Source of the DNA: a virus
Strand: one strand, 5' to 3'
DNA length: 64,000 bases
IMG/VR virus record: IMGVR_UViG_3300029243_000160
Coordinates: 1 to 64,000 of that record
Under the pieces are notes generated by a model that made no database searches, was not told the DNA's origin, and saw only the letters and a list, made by a program, of their open reading frames with translations. The position numbers and the translations under genes are program-made. Positions 60,882 to 64,000 of the stretch are shown here, piece by piece. Position 1 is the first letter of the stretch, and every line of letters begins with the position of its first letter.

Positions 60882-62228
60882 TTATGCTTTTTCCTGTGCT
60901 TGTTCCTGTGAATCGTTTGCTTTTTCCTTTTCATCTTCCAGATGAATGAAGTAAGATGCTTCAATGTGATTCTTTTCCAGAATTGCACGAGCAAGGTCGT
61001 ATTCATCGGTTTCCATTTTGTCCATGTAAACACGGCGACCTTTGCAGTCCATAGCTTTCAGTTGGTGTTCCAGCAGAATCAGATTTTCCATCGTTTCCTT
61101 TGGACTATCTGTCTTAATGAAAACCAAACTTCTTTTGCTGGTTCTGGACGGTCGAACCGTGATAGGTCTGGACGAGGAACGTGCAAACGATGCTTGTCTT
61201 TCCGAATCCATGTCTTCGTCCAAAAACTTTTGCTGAGGCAAAGAACGTGGAGCTTGATTCGGAAGTTCGATGATGACGATTGCATCATCTTCTATCTCAG
61301 CGTCCACAAGTGAACCGCTGTAGAAATTCACTGGAGTTGCTTTTGCAGGAACATATTTCTTTGCCTGCATTGCAACAAGTTCGTCTTTTTTCCACGAGTA
61401 CCCTTGTCTGGTAATCAGACTTTTTAGAACGTCATTCTGATTTTCAAGGTCTGCAATTCTTTGCAGCAACGGATAAATTCCGATGTCGTTTTTTTCAATT
61501 CCATAATTCTTTGCAACTGTCAGCATAGAGTTCAGTTCTTTTGCCAGATGCTCCTTCTGCTCTTCCATTTGTCCGATTTGTTTTTTCAGACTTTCGACTT
61601 TCATCTGGAGAACAGTTTTGTTGCCACCGTTCGTTGCACCGTTCAAAATTTCTGTCTTATATCCCAGATAGCTTTGAACATAATCACTCAGTCGCTGGTG
61701 CATCGTTGAAAGATATTTTCGGGAAATCAAATCCTTGCAGCAGATTCTTTCGGTCGGCATTTCACCGCCGTGGTTTGCCTTCCAATCTTCCAGCGACTTC
61801 AAGCATTCATTGCTTGTGAACTGTGGCTGCTCACCTTTCAACACTGGAACAAAATCCAAGTGCATATGCGGTGTCGTTTCATCTTTGTGAACAACTGCAT
61901 TGACAATGTTTTCTTCTCCAAGGTCATTGCAATAAAAATCATAAACGGCTTGAAAAAAATCTCTTTCATCTTCGTCTTTGACATCTTTCGGGAGTGTCAC
62001 AACGAACTCTCCAACCACAGTTGTGTTGTTTCGTTTTTTTGCGATAAACACTTCTGACAATCGCTCCTTGACATCTTCCGGTGTCCCTTTTTTGAAGTGA
62101 TAGTTTTGGTAAGTTCGTTCATTGTCGATGGATTCATTGCTGTGTACAACGCCGTCATTTTGCATACGGTTGTTGTGTAAGAACAGTCGTCCAATGCTGG
62201 CAGGCGAGTATTTACTGAATTGTGCCAT
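60882..62228 (-). CDS. MobV-family (Mob_Pre) relaxase
   Basis: N-terminal relaxase domain carrying HKDETTPHMHLDFVP (the HxDExxPHxH signature). Coiled-coil C-terminal half. Confidence 0.8.
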   Translation of the reverse strand: MAQFSKYSPASIGRLFLHNNRMQNDGVVHSNESIDNERTYQNYHFKKGTPEDVKERLSEVFIAKKRNNTTVVGEFVVTLPKDVKDEDERDFFQAVYDFYCNDLGEENIVNAVVHKDETTPHMHLDFVPVLKGEQPQFTSNECLKSLEDWKANHGGEMPTERICCKDLISRKYLSTMHQRLSDYVQSYLGYKTEILNGATNGGNKTVLQMKVESLKKQIGQMEEQKEHLAKELNSMLTVAKNYGIEKNDIGIYPLLQRIADLENQNDVLKSLITRQGYSWKKDELVAMQAKKYVPAKATPVNFYSGSLVDAEIEDDAIVIIELPNQAPRSLPQQKFLDEDMDSERQASFARSSSRPITVRPSRTSKRSLVFIKTDSPKETMENLILLEHQLKAMDCKGRRVYMDKMETDEYDLARAILEKNHIEASYFIHLEDEKEKANDSQEQAQEKA

Positions 62229-62269
62229 TCGGTCTGCTTACCGCCTTTCCGCAGGTATATATCTATACC

Positions 62270-62305
62270 CTCTACCCTCTATATGTAAGGTTTAAGGGAA
62301 AAACA
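62270..62305 (-). promoter_or_regulatory. class-R motif copy upstream of the relaxase gene
   Basis: The gene strand reads TGTTTTTCCCTTAAACCTTACATATAGAGGGTAGAG. Confidence 0.4.
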
Positions 62306-62393
62306 GCATCGTACTGCCCTATATTTTTAATATGTATGTATCTTGACATGAAAGGGGTATGTAAAACGGAATGTTTTTGGTGGTTTCTACATA

Positions 62394-62416
62394 GGTACAG
62401 GTATAGCAAGGTATAC
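62394..62416. repeat. 23-nt repeat copy 2 (AGGTATA-GCAAGG-TATACTT), oriT or recombination-site candidate
   Basis: Identical to 25378-25400. Lies 166 nt upstream of the relaxase start. Confidence 0.6.
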
Positions 62417-62454
62417 TTAAAGCTGCTTTCAGGCTGTCCTCGGAGAAAAGAAAG

Positions 62455-62490
62455 CACAAAAAAGGGAACAGGTGAATTTTTCCTGTTCCC
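62455..62490 (-). terminator. intrinsic terminator
   Basis: GGGAACAGG/CCUGUUCCC 9-bp stem followed by U6. Confidence 0.65.
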
Positions 62491-62516
62491 TTTTTCTGTC
62501 GGACTGTATTCCGTAT

Positions 62517-62891
62517 TCAGCAAGCTCGTTCCTGATGTGCTTTCAGCCGTTCCACGTCATCACGCAGAGCCATGACCGCTTCTCTTAGCAACTTGTTTTC
62601 TTGTTTCAGCAACGTGTTCTGCTGTTTGACCAGACGCTTTTCTTCACGATTTCTTTTCCGAAAATTCTTCTGCCGGATTGCTGTTTGCTCCCGAATAATT
62701 TTCTCTCGACAGCTCGGACAACACTCCTGCTTTATCAGCTTATACCAGTTGGTATCTGTTTCACAGCCGATGTACGTTCCACACTGTGTACAGTAGCTGT
62801 AAATGACACCGTTGACTTTGCAAAGAGCAGGATTGTTGAAGTCGTAATCAATCTCATATCCATTGTCTGGGTACTGCTTCAACTGGCTCAT
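62517..62891 (-). CDS. zinc-ribbon plus basic coiled-coil protein
   Basis: CTQCG...CCPSC followed by a K/R/E/Q-rich helix. Confidence 0.45.
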   Translation of the reverse strand: MSQLKQYPDNGYEIDYDFNNPALCKVNGVIYSYCTQCGTYIGCETDTNWYKLIKQECCPSCREKIIREQTAIRQKNFRKRNREEKRLVKQQNTLLKQENKLLREAVMALRDDVERLKAHQERAC

Positions 62892-63351
62892 CTTCGCACT
62901 CCCCTTCCGTTTTAATTTCTTCTGAATCTGGCGGTTCTTCTTCCCTTTGCGTTACTGTTTCCGTTATGCCGTTACGTCTTAAATCGCACAAAAGGTCGAT
63001 GTCAGAAACAATCTCCGAGCGAAGCTTTTCTCGTTCCTCAACAGCCATATCAGTAAAGTGATTTGCTGTTTCATTCAGTGTGAATGTGTACCCTTCTTTA
63101 TTCTCGGCACTGCTCCAAACACACTTGATGTTTTGCTCGTGTTCATCATCGCACAACTGAGATGATGTGAGTAAATCTTCAATGCTTTTCAAACGATTCT
63201 GATTCAGATTCAGTCGTTCAATGATACTCATTGCCTGAACAAAATCAAGTGGCGGATATTCTTTTTCTGTCCGAAAAAATTTATACCAAACAAAGATGCC
63301 GAGAGGGATTCCATACACACAAATCACAATCAAAAAATCGTGCAGTGACAT
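62854..63351 (-). CDS. membrane-anchored hypothetical protein
   Basis: N-terminal TM helix (FLIVICVYGIPLGIFVWY). Confidence 0.45.
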   Translation of the reverse strand: MSLHDFLIVICVYGIPLGIFVWYKFFRTEKEYPPLDFVQAMSIIERLNLNQNRLKSIEDLLTSSQLCDDEHEQNIKCVWSSAENKEGYTFTLNETANHFTDMAVEEREKLRSEIVSDIDLLCDLRRNGITETVTQREEEPPDSEEIKTEGECEDEPVEAVPRQWI

Positions 63352-63451
63352 GAATGTCTCCTTTCAGATTTCACATAAAGAAAACAGGGCATCGCTTTGA
63401 TTCTGCAACGCCCTGCTCTTTCACTTTGTTATTTTCTTTATGCAGTTGTGG

Positions 63452-63733
63452 TTAGGCGTTGTGAGATGCAACCTTTTCCTTGAAAATAGTCCCAGCATTG
63501 AACTTCGGAACAATCTTTTCCGGAACTTCAATCGTTTCATTGGTATACATATTGGTAGCAGTTCGTGCTGCTCTCTTGACAGGTGTGAATGTGCCGAAGC
63601 CAACAAAAGTAATCTTGTCACCACTGGCGACACACTCTTCAATTTCTTCCAGAAAAGTATTGATGACAGCCTCGGTCTGAACCTTAGTCATGTTGTTCTT
63701 CTCTGCTACCTTGCGAATCATTTCTTTCTTGTT
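63452..63733 (-). CDS. HU/IHF-family DNA-binding protein
   Basis: MNKKEMIRKVAE...FVGFGTF...R-ARTATN...I-VPEK-VPKF-AG is the classic HU pattern. Confidence 0.85.
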   Translation of the reverse strand, partial: NKKEMIRKVAEKNNMTKVQTEAVINTFLEEIEECVASGDKITFVGFGTFTPVKRAARTATNMYTNETIEVPEKIVPKFNAGTIFKEKVASHNA

Positions 63734-63806
63734 CATTTTGAAAAACTCCTTCATGAAAATTATAATTTATAAGAGCCACGATAATTTTTTGTGGCAGTTA
63801 TTACGT

Positions 63807-64000
63807 TTACTTTTTACCCCAGCCAGATGATTTTCCCCAGCCGGAAGAACCGCTTGACGGTTTGGAATTGCCCCAGCTGTTTCCAGAACTCTTTGCTTTT
63901 TCGGAAGATTTTCCGGCAGCAGTTTTCTTCTGAGGCGTGTCCACAAACTCAAAGGTTGTTTTGTGATTTTGCTTATCCAAAAGCAGTCTTGCCTTGAAAC
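63807..64000 (-). CDS. hypothetical protein, N-terminus outside window, G/S/W-rich tail ending GWGKK
   Basis: Open frame to the window edge. The C-terminus is ...SSGNSWGNSKPSSGSSGWGKSSGWGKK. Confidence 0.4.
   Translation of the reverse strand, partial: FKARLLLDKQNHKTTFEFVDTPQKKTAAGKSSEKAKSSGNSWGNSKPSSGSSGWGKSSGWGKK

Larger units (their letters stand above)
1..64000 (-). mobile_element. segment of a conjugative plasmid or ICE (partition + T4SS + relaxase + recombinase); boundaries not in window
   Basis: ParAB, VirB4, VirD4, PrgI, Maff2, MobV relaxase and a tyrosine recombinase, all co-directional. No phage structural genes seen. Confidence 0.7.

Noticed and set aside
62272-62523. 83-aa minus-strand ORF between the relaxase gene and ORF 62517..62891.
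   Set aside because: The region holds a strong terminator, the 23-nt repeat and the class-R motif. There is no SD, so it is interpreted as regulatory/oriT-type intergenic DNA.
1-64000. A prophage interpretation of the window.
   Set aside because: RusA, ERF, SSB and Lar are phage-like, but no terminase, portal, capsid, tail or lysis genes are recognisable. A complete T4SS, relaxase and ParAB set is present.

Overview
The whole 64-kb window is one co-directional block: every supportable gene is on the minus strand. It looks like a Firmicutes/Clostridia-type conjugative plasmid or ICE. Maintenance and anti-restriction functions sit at 1-10 kb: Lar-like protein, ParB/ParA, an orphan N6-adenine methyltransferase, a HipA-like kinase and an orphan Dcm methyltransferase. 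From 10 to 24 kb there are many small unknown ORFs, including a Panacea/SocA-like antitoxin-domain gene. Recombination and DNA-metabolism genes lie at 24-41 kb: RusA, a tyrosine recombinase, a PIF1-like helicase, ERF, an SSB-like protein, a secreted SNase and a RecD-like helicase. A Gram-positive type IV secretion/transfer module occupies 41-62 kb: Maff2, PrgI, VirB6-like, VirD4, a 2344-aa giant protein, VirB4 and a MobV relaxase. An HU gene follows. The most unusual locus is at 31.1-33.6 kb. It holds a compact (about 437 aa) catalytically intact Cas12f-like/TnpB-family nuclease. Its 3' end runs into a structured scaffold RNA region that directly abuts a 3-repeat/2-spacer mini CRISPR array. 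No cas1/cas2/cas4 is present anywhere in the window. A second, orphan copy of the scaffold with one degenerate repeat lies 1.4 kb away at 29.6-29.9 kb, and compensatory base changes between the two copies support RNA structure. Other notable signals are: three short tRNA-like elements with missing arms; two families of repeated promoter/operator modules that split the element into operons; a 23-nt repeat containing a recombinase-type 7-6-7 core next to both the integrase and the relaxase; a shared C-terminal GW-basic motif on DNA-metabolism proteins; and HEPN, Panacea and HipA-like modules with unrecognised partners. All protein calls come from motif recognition by eye. No database searches were run.
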